A stretch of 63,937 nucleotides of DNA, filler included, from Saprolegnia diclina VS20 (GCF_000281045.1; 13 parts of 9 records of this genome joined end to end with filler, not necessarily neighbours in it), one strand, 5' to 3'. Counted from the whole stretch's first letter, positions 22,604 through 35,507 are shown. Translations and numbers: made by a program. Notes: generated from the sequence alone by a model not told the origin.

Positions 22604-22676
22604 GGTCTTGTAGTGTAGCGGTTATCACGTCTCCTTGACGTGGAGAAGGCCCCCGGTTCAAGTCCGGGCAAGACCA
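22604..22676 (+). tRNA. tRNA-Val, anticodon GAC
   Basis: 73-nt cloverleaf with acceptor GGTCTTG/CAAGACC, anticodon arm TCTCC-TTGACGT-GGAGA (GAC at 22637-22639), T arm CCCGG-TTCAAGT-CCGGG and a T-run terminator shortly downstream. Confidence 0.92.
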
Positions 22677-22973
22677 AACATTCTTTTTACGCACTCCAAA
22701 CCAGTTTAGAACCCATTTCTTTCATTTATCCGATTTTTTTTTTATCATTTATTCACTAGCGACCCTATTTCACCCTCCTTGTCAAAAGAAAATGCATCCG
22801 TCTCGTTCTGCTTCCAACCCACTTCAAAACGAAGCCGTTGCGACCATCTCCTCGCCAAGAAATGCGCTCGCTCNNNNNNNNNNNNNNNNNNNNNNNNNNN
22901 NNNNNNNNNNNNNNNNNTTAATTAATTAANNNNNNNNNNNNNNNNNNNNNNNNNNNNNNNNNNNNNNNNNNNN

Positions 22974-25387
22974 ACGTCGTTCGGGTCCAAGACCAAGGCC
23001 GGCACGAGCGCTGTCGTCGTACGGTTTCTTTGAACAAACTGAATCAGTACGAGGGGCAGCTCGTTGGCGAAGTACTTTGCGACGGCCGTCGACGCCCTCG
23101 CCATCGCGATACGTTCGTCCAGCGTATAGCGCACGTGTAGAAACACGGTGGTCGCCTCCAAAAACGTGCGACACGGCGTCGACGCCGCCAGCGTCATCTC
23201 ATCACACGAGCGTGTGACGTTGACGTCCGGCCCGACTGCCAAGAGCGCGATACAGCCCATGACCGCGTCGACGCTCAGCGTGTCCTCCATGTTGACCGAG
23301 CAAGCGCCTTGATTGGTGTAGAACATGCATACGCTTTCGGACGGCGGTTGCGTCGGACAGAGAAGGTCCCCGCCGACATGCCCGTTCACGCCCCAGGCTG
23401 CTGGCGCCATGCTCAGGTCGATAAGACCACCGCCAATGGACTCGAAAGCAGAAGCAAACTCGCCGCTCGCGAGCACCATATCGGCGCTGAAACGGGCTGT
23501 GAGCGACCGACTCCAGTTGACGAGCACGTCCGGATACGCCACGCGGCGCATCGAGATAGTACCGAAGGGGCCAAGCGTCCGCTCGACGATGTCAAAGGCA
23601 ATGTCCAGAGGGTAAGTCAGGGACCCGTTTCTGGCCAAGACCGACGCGATCGTGCGATTGGCAAACGCAAATCGAGGGCTCTGACGCACTAGACTGCTCC
23701 CAGAAAGACCACTACTGTTGACTGTGATTGCCCAGAGCAGACTCGCGAGCGGCCATTGCATCTTGAACGACGTCTGCTGCGTCGTGTGCAGCGACCCGTT
23801 GGACGACTTGATTGTGAGAGGATACGCAAAGCCCAGCGCGTTGGCCACCGAGTACGTTTCGATGACGCCAAGCGACTTGTAGTTTTGCCACTGGGTCTCG
23901 TAGAAGCGAAGACCGTGCGTTTGCCAGTAGATGGCTTCGTCGGCAATCGAAAGAGGAGGGCGGCGGAGCGACTGACGCCACATCTGACCGTACTGTGTGG
24001 TCTCGAGATAGTCAAAGACACCGATTGTCAGTGACGCACCCCAACATTTCTCGAGATCTCCTTGGTTGCCGTTGCGCAGGATCGGCTCTAAATACACAGC
24101 GCCGTTGGCCATATCACAAACCGACTGGCGGTACGATGACACGGCCAGCTCCCACGTTCGGTTCAAGTCGACGTAGCAGTAGGTCGTCGCGATCCACGGC
24201 AAGAGACACCCGTCCATGCGGCGGAGACCGTCAATGACCGCTTGGAGCGTGTTGACTTCGTTCTGGACCATGGACGCGTACAGCATCGGGACCGAGAACG
24301 ACGTGGCCGACGTATTGTACCGGTTCGAGTTGTCGCTCCAGTCGAGTCTGGTCAGATCCAGATGTGGGATCGAAAATGTGGTCTGGAGCTGCTGCGTGAA
24401 GAGGGTTGCGAGAAAGGTGCCGTGGCCCGACGTGTTGAACGAGGCCCACCAAAAGTCGTTGGTCATGGCGTCCGTCGAGACATAAATGTAAAAGAGGCTG
24501 CCAATGACTGTCGAGAGTACGTACACGATACCCAGCAGTGTCCGCGGCTTGACGTGCCACGCTTTCGAGAGCGATGGCGTCTCGGGGCCTGTCGCGTGCG
24601 TCCCTAACGACGGCCACAGCGAAGGCCGCACGAATTGCCAGAGGTTGACATGAAAGTGGCGTCGTCCGAACGGCAGAATACCGGCCATGAGCGTCGTTGT
24701 CGGGTCGCGAAACCACGTGGGGCGTTGACTCGCACTTAGAAAGACCTGGGCGGAGGCCGGCAAGAGATCGCTGCCACGGTCTCGCACTTCGTTGGTCATG
24801 AGCCACAGCCGCACGATGAGCGCGGCGAGGGCCAATGACGCAAATTGGAGGCTGCAAATCAGGTACAGTCGGTGCAGACTCCCGATTTGGACGCTGCCCC
24901 CCGAACAGCGCGCATCGAGGCCGAGCATCACCACAGTGCACGACTGCTGCACCGTCACAATCGCTTCAAACGGCCAACATATCTCCAAGAGAATGGTGGC
25001 CAGCCACGAGATGGCAGCGCCAAGGGGCGCATACCAGCGTGCCCGGCGCCCCAGCAGTGGCAAGAGGAAATCCACCAGCACATATGAGACCCAATTTGCC
25101 TCGCCCGCGAGCACCATCACATCCAACATCGACCGCGGCGTCGAGACAAAGTGAGAGATACCATTGGTCGAGACAAACGAGAGAGGGGCGGTGCCAAGCA
25201 CGATGAGCGCGGTCGCCCCCCGTAGAAAGAGCAGTGGGCGACCCACCCACGTCGCACTCGCAACGCGGTGGTACGAGAGCAAATCGAGGTCATGAATGCG
25301 GCGCGTCGACACCGTCGCGGCCAATAAGACGAGGCACGCAATGCCCGTCATCAGAAAACTAGTGTACACTATGACAATCCACGTGTA
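22974..25387 (-). CDS. Internal part of large multi-pass membrane protein, same family (open through the contig)
   Basis: >800 open codons with WVGRPLLFLRG, GEANWVSYVL, NDFWWASFNTSG, YCYVD..RTWELA, NGAVYLE..LRN and QWQNYK. Confidence 0.8.
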
Positions 25388-25674
25388 NNNNNNNNNNNNN
25401 NNNNNNNNNNNNNNNNNNNNNNNNNNNNNNNTTAATTAATTAANNNNNNNNNNNNNNNNNNNNNNNNNNNNNNNNNNNNNNNNNNNNGGAAGCTGTGGCG
25501 GCTGCACGGACAGCAGTCGCTGCCATGCACGCTCATAGAGGGCCAGCCTTGCTACGTCGTGGCAAGAGTGCCGTATGAGCTGTCACCTTGGGCCAACCCA
25601 CCGTGCCCACCACATGTCGCTTGTAGGACGCCACACGTTGATTGATTTGTTAAATTAGTTGGCTGCCGACGCAA

Positions 25675-26622
25675 TCAGTGGGCATCCGCTTCGAACGTCG
25701 CGAGGAGCGAGTGGATCGAGTGGTCCGTCTCGGGCATGAGCTCCGCGACCGACGCTGCCGTGGTGCGCGACGGAATGCTGTCGTCGCTGTCGTCGTCGGG
25801 CTGTCGCCACACCTCTGGTTTTCGGCGCCACGGAACGCCCGCCAACTGCTTGTGCAGGAGCGACGGCGGCGACGAGACTGGCGGACGCAGAAACGTCGAC
25901 ACGGCCTGGTCGACCGGTGTCGACGGCGAGAGGAATCGGTCCTCGCGAAGTCGCTTGGGCGGCAAGAGCGACGTCGTCTCGCGCGGCCGCTTCTTGGTCG
26001 AGGCAAAGTAGTCGGACGGAAGGAGTGACTGGAGCCCATCGCCCGGCAAGTCGAGCTCTTCCGACGACAGCGTTGCATCGTCGTCGCCGTCGGTGTGGTC
26101 GGTGGCGTCTACCGGGGCGGCGTTGAGAAGGCTAAAGAGGTCCGGCGGCAGTGGAAATACGCTTGGCGCCTGGAGCTCCGTGTCGATCGCGCCATCGTCG
26201 GCGTCGTAGGCTTCTTCCTCGACGACGTGCTCACTATAGATAGTCTCGAGGTACTCGGCGGCGGCGTACTGGTGCGCCTCAATCGCCACTTCGAGCGGCG
26301 TGCAGTCGTTGTGGTCGGTCCAGTCGACGCGGGCACCAATCGCGACGAGCCGCTGGAGGAAGGCCACGTGCCCGCCGTACGCGGCTTGGTGCGCGACGCT
26401 CACACCGCGGTCGCTGCGCGCGCTCAAGTCGGCGCCGAGCATATGGAGCACATTGAGCACTTGGACGTGGCCGTTGCGCGCGGCTTCGTGGGCAGCAGTC
26501 CGGCCGGCGTCGTCGGCGGCGTTGATGGCGGCGCCGTTCATGATCAAGCTCGCGACGAGGTCGTGGCGGCCCTTCCGCGCAGCCCGCTGCAGCAAGCGGA
26601 GGTCCTCGATCGACGACGTCAT
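25675..26622 (-). CDS. Ankyrin-repeat protein
   Basis: GRTAAHEAARNGHVQVL, GVSVAHQAAYGGHV and DCTPLEVAI repeats; disordered C-terminus. Confidence 0.85.
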   Translation of the reverse strand: MTSSIEDLRLLQRAARKGRHDLVASLIMNGAAINAADDAGRTAAHEAARNGHVQVLNVLHMLGADLSARSDRGVSVAHQAAYGGHVAFLQRLVAIGARVDWTDHNDCTPLEVAIEAHQYAAAEYLETIYSEHVVEEEAYDADDGAIDTELQAPSVFPLPPDLFSLLNAAPVDATDHTDGDDDATLSSEELDLPGDGLQSLLPSDYFASTKKRPRETTSLLPPKRLREDRFLSPSTPVDQAVSTFLRPPVSSPPSLLHKQLAGVPWRRKPEVWRQPDDDSDDSIPSRTTAASVAELMPETDHSIHSLLATFEADAH

Positions 26623-27147
26623 GCCAAAGCAAGATCCCAAGTACGTACTGGAAAGGTCAACCGTTGCCAACCACGATCTATGGACGGTTTCAGCTTCGAA
26701 CTTTTACGGTTGCGCCAATCGGACGCAAGACTAGACGCACCCAACCCACCGCTTTGCTATTGCAGGATCTCGCGCTCTCGATACCGCACCCAAGTCGTGC
26801 CCGCGGGGTCGCTGTCGCGTCGGCTGTTCTCTGAAAGCCGCTGCAATCGACTGTCTGGACGCCGAGGCGGATACGAATGGCGCGTCCCAGTGTCATGCTC
26901 GAGACGTGTCGGTGCAACGGAAAGTTGCGTGTAAATAGCTGTAGGTGCACTGTGGCGGACTGTCGATGCGACAGTCGCCGTCTCAAGCCTTTCTCCGAAC
27001 GTCGAAGCTTTCGACTGGACGTTGAAGTAGCTCGAGTTCCATATATATGACTACTATTCTCCGATTCTCCGTTCAACTAACTAATTGTCGCCTGAGACGG
27101 TCCTGTGTACAATACAAAACATGTCATTTGCTGGCGGATCCACCATT

Positions 27148-28657
27148 TTACACGGCTGGTGGTGCGCCAGTGTCGGAGGTCGGAGCTTTTCGGTAGCACT
27201 AGAAAGCAATCAGATCTGGGTACACAGTTCACATACCAGAATCAGCGGCTTCTCCTCCAAGCAGACACCGTGGATGGTCTCGAGCGCGAGCGTCGCCAGC
27301 GCCACATCTGGGAACTCGACAAATGCTTGGCCCTTGAGCCGCCCTTCTTTAAACAACTTGATCGAGAGGAGGCTACGCGACCGCGTCACTTGACAATTTG
27401 ATACATTTGTGCGTACCCCATGGACGCGTCGTCGGGGAAGACCGCCCCAAAGACGTGGCGAAGGTCCGACTCGTCGACGGACTTGGCGATATTCTTGATG
27501 TAGAGCACACGCGACGGGTCGCCTCGGGCGTACCCCTTCATGTACTTGAGCTCCAAGAGCGCTACGATGTCTTCGATCAGCCTCTGTATACTCTCATGAA
27601 GGTGAAGATGAGACCCTCGGGGGCGAGTCGAGTTCGATTCAACTCGGCCTCGGAGATGACGCCGGGGCGCGCCACGAGACGGGGCGCCGGCGCGTCGTCG
27701 ACAAACGCGAGGGCGACGCGCAGTGCTTTTTTCGGTGGTTTGGCGCCCCGTGGTCGCTGGCTGGGCACCGCTACGGGCCGTTCGATGACGTCGGCGGGGG
27801 CGTCCGGACCAAGAACGGCCGCGTCCGCAGTCGCCTCGTCGTCCTTCTCGTCGTCGTCCTCGTCGTCGTCGCTGGCTTGAAAGGCATCTTCGTACTGGCG
27901 TTTGCCGCCGGCAGCGAGCACCTACCGCAAGCCGCGATAGTAGCACGTCAGATCGTAGAACTCCTACGTCAGTCGAGAAGGGGCCGCGGATGACGTCCTT
28001 CTCGAACGGTGGCGGCAAGTGCATCTTGTTCATGAGATGCAGCACTTGTGTGTACAGCTTGGGCAGGGCCATGAGCGCTATGTAGATGGTGACGAGGAAG
28101 GGCGACGCCGTGGGACTTACCGTTGGCGACATTGGCCACGATCTCGGGCGTCGCCTTGGGGTACTTGTACGCGAGCAGCGGCGACGGCGGGTAGTGCAGT
28201 CTATGTCGCCTGCATGTGGCATACGCATATCCTCCGAACGCGTACCCGAGATGCGGTGCAATTGGCGTCGGCTGCCGCGCTGTCGATGGTGTCGATGGCG
28301 TCGGCTCGGGTGGCAGCGGCGGAAAGATCGGTGCGGTTGAAGGTGGTGGGGCGTCGAGTGGGCCGCCGTGGACCCGCGCCTGGAGCTGGTGATCAGCCAG
28401 CCGCATCTTGCCGAGTCGTGCCACAGCAGCGTTGCCAATGCTGTCGTTCGGGAAGGCGGCTAACGCTGCTTTCTTCTACGCAGGATCGGGACCCATGGAG
28501 CTTCTGCGGTAGAGCATGCATGGCGCTGTACCTTGCTGCGGCTTGTCAGCACGCGGATATCGGTGGCGCCGACATGCTGCAGCAGCTCTTCGATCGCCGA
28601 CGTCGCCAGCGCCGCCGGGAGGTTGCGCACCTCGACGACGAAGCCATCGAGTGCCAT
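27148..28657 (-). CDS. RNPC3: U11/U12 snRNP 65K protein (minor spliceosome; two RRMs; multi-exon)
   Basis: PIAPHLG|LHYPPSPLLAYKYP, PKLYTQVLHLMNKMHLPPPF, GDPSRVLYIKNIAK and GRLKGQAFVEFP...IHG..LEEKPL. Confidence 0.88.
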
Positions 28658-28761
28658 GCTTGTGCTTCTGTGGTCTCCGCGCCGTATCCGGATCCGCGGT
28701 GCCATACACTGGTTGAACCAGTGTTTTATAACGTGGCACATGCCATATCTAGAATGCCGCA

Positions 28762-28805
28762 TTGCAAAAGTGAAATGCCGAAAATACGCATCACTTTTGC
28801 TTTTT
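28762..28805. promoter_or_regulatory. Back-to-back INR-like motifs in the 159-bp divergent promoter of RNPC3 and TMEM42
   Basis: TCACTTTTGC on - (28764-28773) and on + (28791-28800), matching the oomycete initiator core YCAYTYY. Confidence 0.55.
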
Positions 28806-28816
28806 GTGTATCCAGC

Positions 28817-29288
28817 ATGTGGAGCAGCGCCGTGTCGGGCGCGATCGCCGCCTGCTCGGGCATGCTCGGCAAGTTCTCCTCGGACGACTCAACCTCCATG
28901 CTGCATGTGGTCCAGGAAACCTGCATGAGCATGGCGACCGAGGTGGCCTGGCTCGACTGCGCCTACGTGAGCGTCGGCGTCCGGGTCCTCTTCTTCATCG
29001 CGATGCTGCTCTCGAACGCCGTCATGCTCAACTTCTTCGTGCAAGGCCTCCATGAGACCGACTCGCTTACAGCGACGATCACGAGCTCGGCCATCAACTT
29101 TGTCGTGACGGTAGACCCCATGCGTCATCGACAGGTGGTTGATCCGTCGACGGTAGGCGATCCTGGGCCTCGCCATTTTCCACGAGCACCTCCCACTGCA
29201 ATGGTGGCTCGGCGCCTCCATTATCCTCCTCGGCATGGGCTGCCTTCTCTACGGCGACAAGGCGACGACCAAGACCAAGGACGAATGA
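28817..29288 (+). CDS. TMEM42: TMEM42-like small DMT-fold membrane protein (one intron ~29111-29156)
   Basis: SGAIAACSGMLGK, SNAVMLNFFVQGL, SSAINFVVT|AILGLAIFHEHLPLQWWLGASII. Confidence 0.8.
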
Positions 29289-29313
29289 ACATGCAAATAA
29301 ATGTTTCGAGCGA

Positions 29314-32300
29314 CTAGGACGACGTGGCTTGCGACGCGCGGTTGGCGAGGTTGAGTTCGAGGAGCTCGGGTGGCCAGTTTTCCAGCACGACGAGTCGCAG
29401 CCAGTCGTGCTCGTTGCGCTCGAGGTACCAGCTACAGAACGCTTCGATCGACACCATCTCGTCGGGCCCGCCGGGCGCGAAGCCCCCGACACAAGCTTTC
29501 GCGCCGGCCTTGGCGCTGCCTTCGATATGGCTCTCCACGTCCAGGCTACTGCTGCTAATGGCGTAGAGCATCTTGAGAAAGGCCTCGAGGCAGAGCTGCA
29601 GGATCGAGCGTGGGACGAAATGGTGCTGGCTCACGTCGTCGACGAGCTGCTCTGTAAACGCAGTGAAGCACAGCAGCGCGGTCCCATGCAGAAGGATCTC
29701 GAGGAGCGACCCGTCCGTGAAGACCATGAGGCCGCAGAGCAAGTGCACGAGGGGCACGGTCGTCGCGCGCCGCCGGATGCGCGCATCGGCCGCGTCGTCC
29801 GTGTTGGCGGCAAATGCCGCAAACACCGCGTCCGCAAAGCTCAGTACGTAGCTATTGGTGCAGTGGGCGTGCGTCGCGCAGAGTTGAAGCAGCGCGCTTC
29901 GGAACTGGTCCTTTGTCAGCGCCACCTGCACCGTCGGCGAGAGGAGGTCGGTCGACGGTGCTTCGTGGCGCTTGAGGAAGCTCTTGAGCACCGTGAGGAG
30001 CTGCAGCGGCGCGTACAGATGGAGCTCCAAGTGCACGAGACACTCGCGGAGTCCTTGGATACCGGACGCGGTGAAGCGCAGCGGCCGGCTCGGTAGACGC
30101 ATCTCGAGCAGCACCGGGTCGTGCAATGAGGCGGGCGAAAGGCCAATGTCGGAGGCGCGGACGCCATGCTGCGTCGGCGGCGTCGACGTCTCGTGCTGCC
30201 ACTTGGCCACGTCAAGCAGCTCGACCCACGACAGCGTCTCGTAGCCGCCGCCGTTGTACCACTCGCCAAACTGCTCGAACGAGATGCGGTTCCTCGTCCG
30301 GAGGCTTGCGTCCAGCGTGATCTCCGAGAGGACCTTGGTCGTGGCCTCCCCGACCACCTCGTCCGCCTCGACGTACATGTGCTCGAGGCCCGACCGGTAC
30401 CGCGCATCACTCAGCACCATGAGCGCTAAGAGAAACGAGCGCAAATACAAGAAGAGCATGCCATGGGGCAGCTTGGTCTGCTGGGGCGACCCTTTGTTGG
30501 CCAACGACACGAGCAGATCGAACGCGGCCGCCAGCTTCTGGCTCTTGGAGCCGTGCCCGAGGATCGTGAGCCCGCACGCGAGCTCGAGCGCTTGGACTTT
30601 GCCAGTTTTCTTGCGGTCGTAGACGCCAAAGAGCCGTGCGAGGAGGCGCGACGCGAGCTGCTGGCCTTCTTCGTTGATGGCTTGGCGCGGAATGAGCTTG
30701 CGGATGCAGCGATAAAAGCTTGCGCGCGAGATGACGAGGCCGCCGCCGTCGACGGTACTGCCATGCTGCGGCCGCGCGTTGGCGACGATGGCTTCGTGGA
30801 TCGCGGCCACCGGGAGCGACAGGAACTGCGTCGCGTCCAGCATACTCAGGTACGTCGCAATGTCCTTCTCAGAGTACTGCAGCAGGCTCCCTTCTTCGTG
30901 CATGTCAAAGGCGTACGCGAGCGGCTTCTCGCGTGCGTGGGCGTCCATCGCCGCCTTTGTCGGCCACTTGCTCAGGTCGAGGAGCTCGAGCCACGGGCAG
31001 CACTGGTACCCGCCGGCGCTGTACCACTCGGCAAAGACGCCGAGCGAGATCGACGACCGCGACTGCGTCTCGCAAAACACTTGGGACGTGAGGGCGCCGG
31101 CCGCGCGCTCGGCAGCAAAGAGGTTGGACGACGACGACGCGGCCTCGGCCAGCGAAAATGAAAACAGCAGCGCGAGGATGCTTTTGAAGAGCTCGAAGAG
31201 GGCCCGGCGCGAGATGCAGCCGTCGTGGTGCACGTCGTAGAGCGTGAAGAGCACGCCGAGCTTGTTGCTTTTCGAACCTGCGCAGAGGATACTGAGCCCG
31301 GACAACAAGTGGAGCTTGTCGACCGCGCTGCCCATGATCGAGCCGGGAACCGACGTCGTGATCATAGTCTCCGAGTCGTCGTCGCTGCCGTCGAGGTTGG
31401 TCTCGGTTTCGTAAAGTGAAAAGAGCCGCAGGAGGTGGTACGAGAGGAACTCTTGGTCTTCGCTGCTCAAGCCTTCCTTGGGCGCGAGGCTCCGGATTGC
31501 ATACAAAAACCCCGACTTGGTGAGGCACTTGCCCTTCGCAAACTTGTCAAGGCTCGTGTAGAGCGCTTCGCACGTCAAGAGCCGCAGTCGGAGCTTGTCG
31601 GCGATCGTCGAGACGACCGCGACGTCCCGTAGCCGGATCCGGAGCATCGTCGCATCGTACGACGTGAGCTTGAACTGAAAGACCACCGAGGACGAGTCCT
31701 TGTAGCCGTCTTGGGTGCTCGCGGGGTACCCGCCGGCGCTGCTCACGACCGTCGTCGTTGTCTCGACCAGCGCGTCTTCCTTTTCTTGGCCGGCGGCCGT
31801 CGACGCGGTGAAGCTACTGACAGCATTTGCGATCGTTGCGTCGACAACGGGCCATTTCTTGGCATCGAGGAGCTCGATCCACGGGATGAGCGCGTACCCT
31901 TTCTCCGAGTACCAGTCGGCAAAGTCGGCAAATGCCACTTTGGAGCGCAGCACGAGGTCGTCGCCGCTCATCGACTCGTTGAAGATGCTCTTGGCGATCG
32001 AAATGCACGCGGCGTCGCAGATGTACCCGATCGTGTCGGCCGACAAGTCGGCGCCGTTCCCGAGCGCCAGGAGCATGGTCAGGAATGAGCGCAAAAACTT
32101 CCACATCTCCCGGCGCGTGAGGAACCCGTCGCCGTCTTCGTCAAAGAGGCCAAAGCAAAATGCGAGCTTGCTGCTCTTCGAGCCGCCGACGAGGAGGAGG
32201 AAGCCCGAGACAAACTCGGTCGCGTCGAGCTTCCCGGTGCCAGTCCGGTTGAACGCAAAGAAGAGGGCGGCGAGGCCCGACCGGTCGAGGGCGTGCGGCA

Positions 32301-34103
32301 GCAGCGCGCCCATGCACGCGTCAAAGCGCCCCTTGTCGATGGTGGCGAGGCCGTTGTGCACGTCAATGTACGCTGCAAACGCATTGTGTACTGCGTTGAC
32401 GTTGAGCGTATAGAGGTCCGTGTCCCGCTGCAGCTGCGCGTAGTGCAGCAGATCACCATTGTCAAAGGCGAGGTTCTGCACTGGGTGCAAGTCCGACTCG
32501 AGGAGGAGGTCGAACGCGAGGACCACGTCGTTCTTGAGGCAGAGCGCCGGAATCGAGTCGAGCGGCAGGAGGCCGCCGCCGTTGCTCTGCACATTGTGGT
32601 TGTCATTGGAGCCCGCGTCGTCCTTCTGGTTGGTCGCCCGAATGTTCTTGGCCGTGTAGTACATGCTGGCCGAGACGGGCTGCACCGGAGTCTTGTCCAA
32701 GATCGACGTGTTGAAGTCGCCGTAGACGAACGACCACTTCTTGAGGTCGAGGAGCTCGAGCCAGCTCAAGAGCTGGAAGCCGCCTTGGTTGTACCACCGG
32801 CCAAACGTCTCGAACGTGTACGTGGGTGCGTCCAGCGCCTCCAAGATCGCCGCGCCGCCCGCGTCGACAAACGCCAGGATCGACGACGTTGGCAGCGGCA
32901 TGGACGGCGGTGCGAGCCCGAGGATCGTGAGGATGACCGACCGCAGGAAGCGCCAGAGCTGGCCTTTCGAGAGGTACCCGAGGTCGTCCGTATCGAAGAA
33001 ATGGAAGCCGGCCGCGAGCTTGTCGCTCTTTGAGCCGTGCGCAAAGAGGCTAAAGCCGGCGGCGAGCTCGAACGCGTCGACCGTCGTCTTGCTGTGGGCG
33101 CCGCCGAGGTACTGCTTGAAGAGCGATCGCATGGTGCCCATGAGCTTGTCGTCGTCCATGACGTGGTTCGTGCACGTCATGCACGTGAGCTCGTTGACGC
33201 TTTCGATGAACGTGAGCTCGTCAAGCCACCCGTCGAGCGTGTGGTGCAAGAAGGTATCGTAGAGCGTCTGCGGCGACAGCACCGGAAAGCGCGTCGCCAT
33301 GAGGACGTCCTCGAGCTCCACAGCGTGCGCTTCGTGGACGCCGAGGACGTGGCCCTCCGATACGAAGCCAAAGAGGACGCCGTCGCTCGTGCTTGGCGGC
33401 GGCGACACGGTCGCGCGCCCCTCGATCGCCCACCGGTCCATGTCGAGCAGCTTGAGGTACGGCGCCTCGGTGGCGCCCACAAGGAGGTACCAGTCCCAAA
33501 TATGCTCAAATGTGAGCGTCGGCGTCTGTTCAAGAAGGCCGTGGACGGTCTTGGCGGCGCTGTTTGTGAGGAGCTCGACGATCGCGTCGGGCGCGTGGCT
33601 GTTCTCGTCGTCGGCGCCCGCAAAGAGGCAGTAGAGACCGAGGAGGAAGCCGCCGAGGACGCGGACGAGGTCGCCTTCCGTGATGACGTCGTCGGTCACG
33701 AGCGCCAGCGCCGTCCGGAGCTTGTCTTCGGTCGAGCCGTCGAGCACGGTCATGGCACCGATCGCGAGGTCTACCATGTCGACGCTGTACGCTGAGAAGG
33801 CGTGGTAGAGCAGCTCGAGCAGCGCGTGCGCCGAACGAAAGTCGCGGTCCGTCTGAATGCCACTCGCCGCCTTCATCCATGCGAGAAACGCGTCGCGCTC
33901 GAGCGTCGTGCCTGGCGTGACCTGCTCGGCCAGCGTGCCGAGGTGGCAGCCCTTGCGCACTAGGCCGCGAGTCCATGAGCCATCATTCACCCATTGCGCG
34001 TCGACGTACATGCAGTCGTGCCACCATGGATCTCGTCGGCCAGCGCCGGCTCGACCACGAAGCGCAGCCGCTGGCTCGTGTACGGCACGTCCACTTGGCT
34101 CAT
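29314..34103 (-). CDS. ~1580-aa protein with six tandem NCS/calcineurin-B-like EF-hand modules
   Basis: Repeated GSKSxKLxxxFxxFDxDxxGxL and FxxWYxxGGxxxxxWLELLDLxKW motifs; probable short first exon from ATG 34103. Confidence 0.8.
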
Positions 34104-34242
34104 TCGTCGTCGTTGGCTTGGGAAGTTACACCGAACGCTCGATCACACGTCTTAGATACCAACGTGTGCGCGATGCCATTGGATAAAACTCGTTCATTAC
34201 GGCAAGGCCATTGGCTGAAAACGGGCATGCAGAATACAAGCT

Positions 34243-35507
34243 CCTAAAATTTGGCGGCGCCAGCTGCGGGCCAAGATCGCAGCGCCCCTGCCTCTGCATC
34301 GCCGGCTACCCGCGCTTGGCCGCCTTGGACGAGGCGCGCCGCTTGGTCGTCTTGCGCGGCTGCTTGAGTCTACGCTACGTTGGCTGCGATATCCTGCAGA
34401 GGAGCCGGCGTACGTGTCCATGTCTGGGCCGTCGGTGGCGTCGCCCGTTGCCAGCCGAAAGACGGCTTCGCCCACCTTCTCGTGCGCGCTGTGGAGTTCA
34501 TTGATCGCAGCGTCGATTGCGACATGCTCGACAAAGGCCCCGCAGAACTAGCCAGCATCTAGGTTGCAGCACAGCTCTCGATATGCCAACCTGCTTGAAG
34601 GTGCTACTGGTGTACAGACACGCCTCGACGACGGACAGCGCGGGGCAGGTGAACCTGCGCTCCTCTGCATGAGGCTGGCCTTGGCGCAGTGACGTACCTT
34701 TCGTGGCACCCGCGGTGCTCGTCGCGGACCTTGGCGACGACGGCTTCACTGAGCTTGGCCTGCGCGCCGTCCTTGCGCCGCTTCTCGTCAGCCGTCTCGA
34801 GCGCGGCCGCGTCCTTCTTCTCGGGCCGCGCGTACTCGGCGTAAATGTGGTAGACGTGGGCTAAGAACTCTACCATCTTCCTAAGTCACGAAGCCGCGGG
34901 TTGGATGCGCCAACCATTGTAGATCAAGCACGCCCGGAAGCATGTCAGGATGCGCTTGAATGGGATCTCGACGGCGCTGCTCTCGGGCTCGAGAAGGTGG
35001 CCGCACGCTTGGGCCACGAGCGAGCGCGGCAAGCCATGGCAGTTCGCGGCCGCCAGCTGGTGAAAGTCGTCCATCGTCATCTCTAGCGGCAGTCGCATCC
35101 TTCTGCAAGCTACGTCGGTGACGCACCGTACGCATCGTCAATGTGGCCAAGCGCGCTGTCGAGGAGCGCGAGAAACGCGAGGCGATTGCGGAGATTGGCA
35201 TCGACGAACTCAAAGGACCGGCCTTCGACGTGCGTCATGGCTAGCACTCTACCGACACCTCAGATGCATAGTGCGGTAGCGGCTACCTGGAAAAATACTT
35301 GTCAAAGAAGCGGGCGGCGCTCTCGGGGCGCTCGAGAAGCAGCTGCTTGAGCGCGTCTTCAAGGAACGCCTTGACGCTTGTGCGCTCGAGGTACTCGAGG
35401 CTCGGAAGACTCTCGAGCGCGGCCGCCTCTGGCAGCAGAAGCGAGGCCCGCAGCACCTTGCGCGCGCGGTGGCTGCCGATCGGCGTCGTGCCAGGCGGCC
35501 CTTCCAT
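34243..35507 (-). CDS. CSTPP1: CSTPP1/C11orf49-like tubulin polyglutamylase complex regulator (multi-exon; 3' end approximate)
   Basis: EYLERTSVKAFLEDALKQLL, ARFFDKYF, THVEGRSFEFVDANLRNRLAFL, TMDDFHQL...C..LP and EFL.HV..IY follow the C11orf49 pattern. Confidence 0.65.

Noticed and set aside
27148..28657. U12-type introns in or near RNPC3
   Set aside because: No RTATCCTT donor seen at plausible junctions
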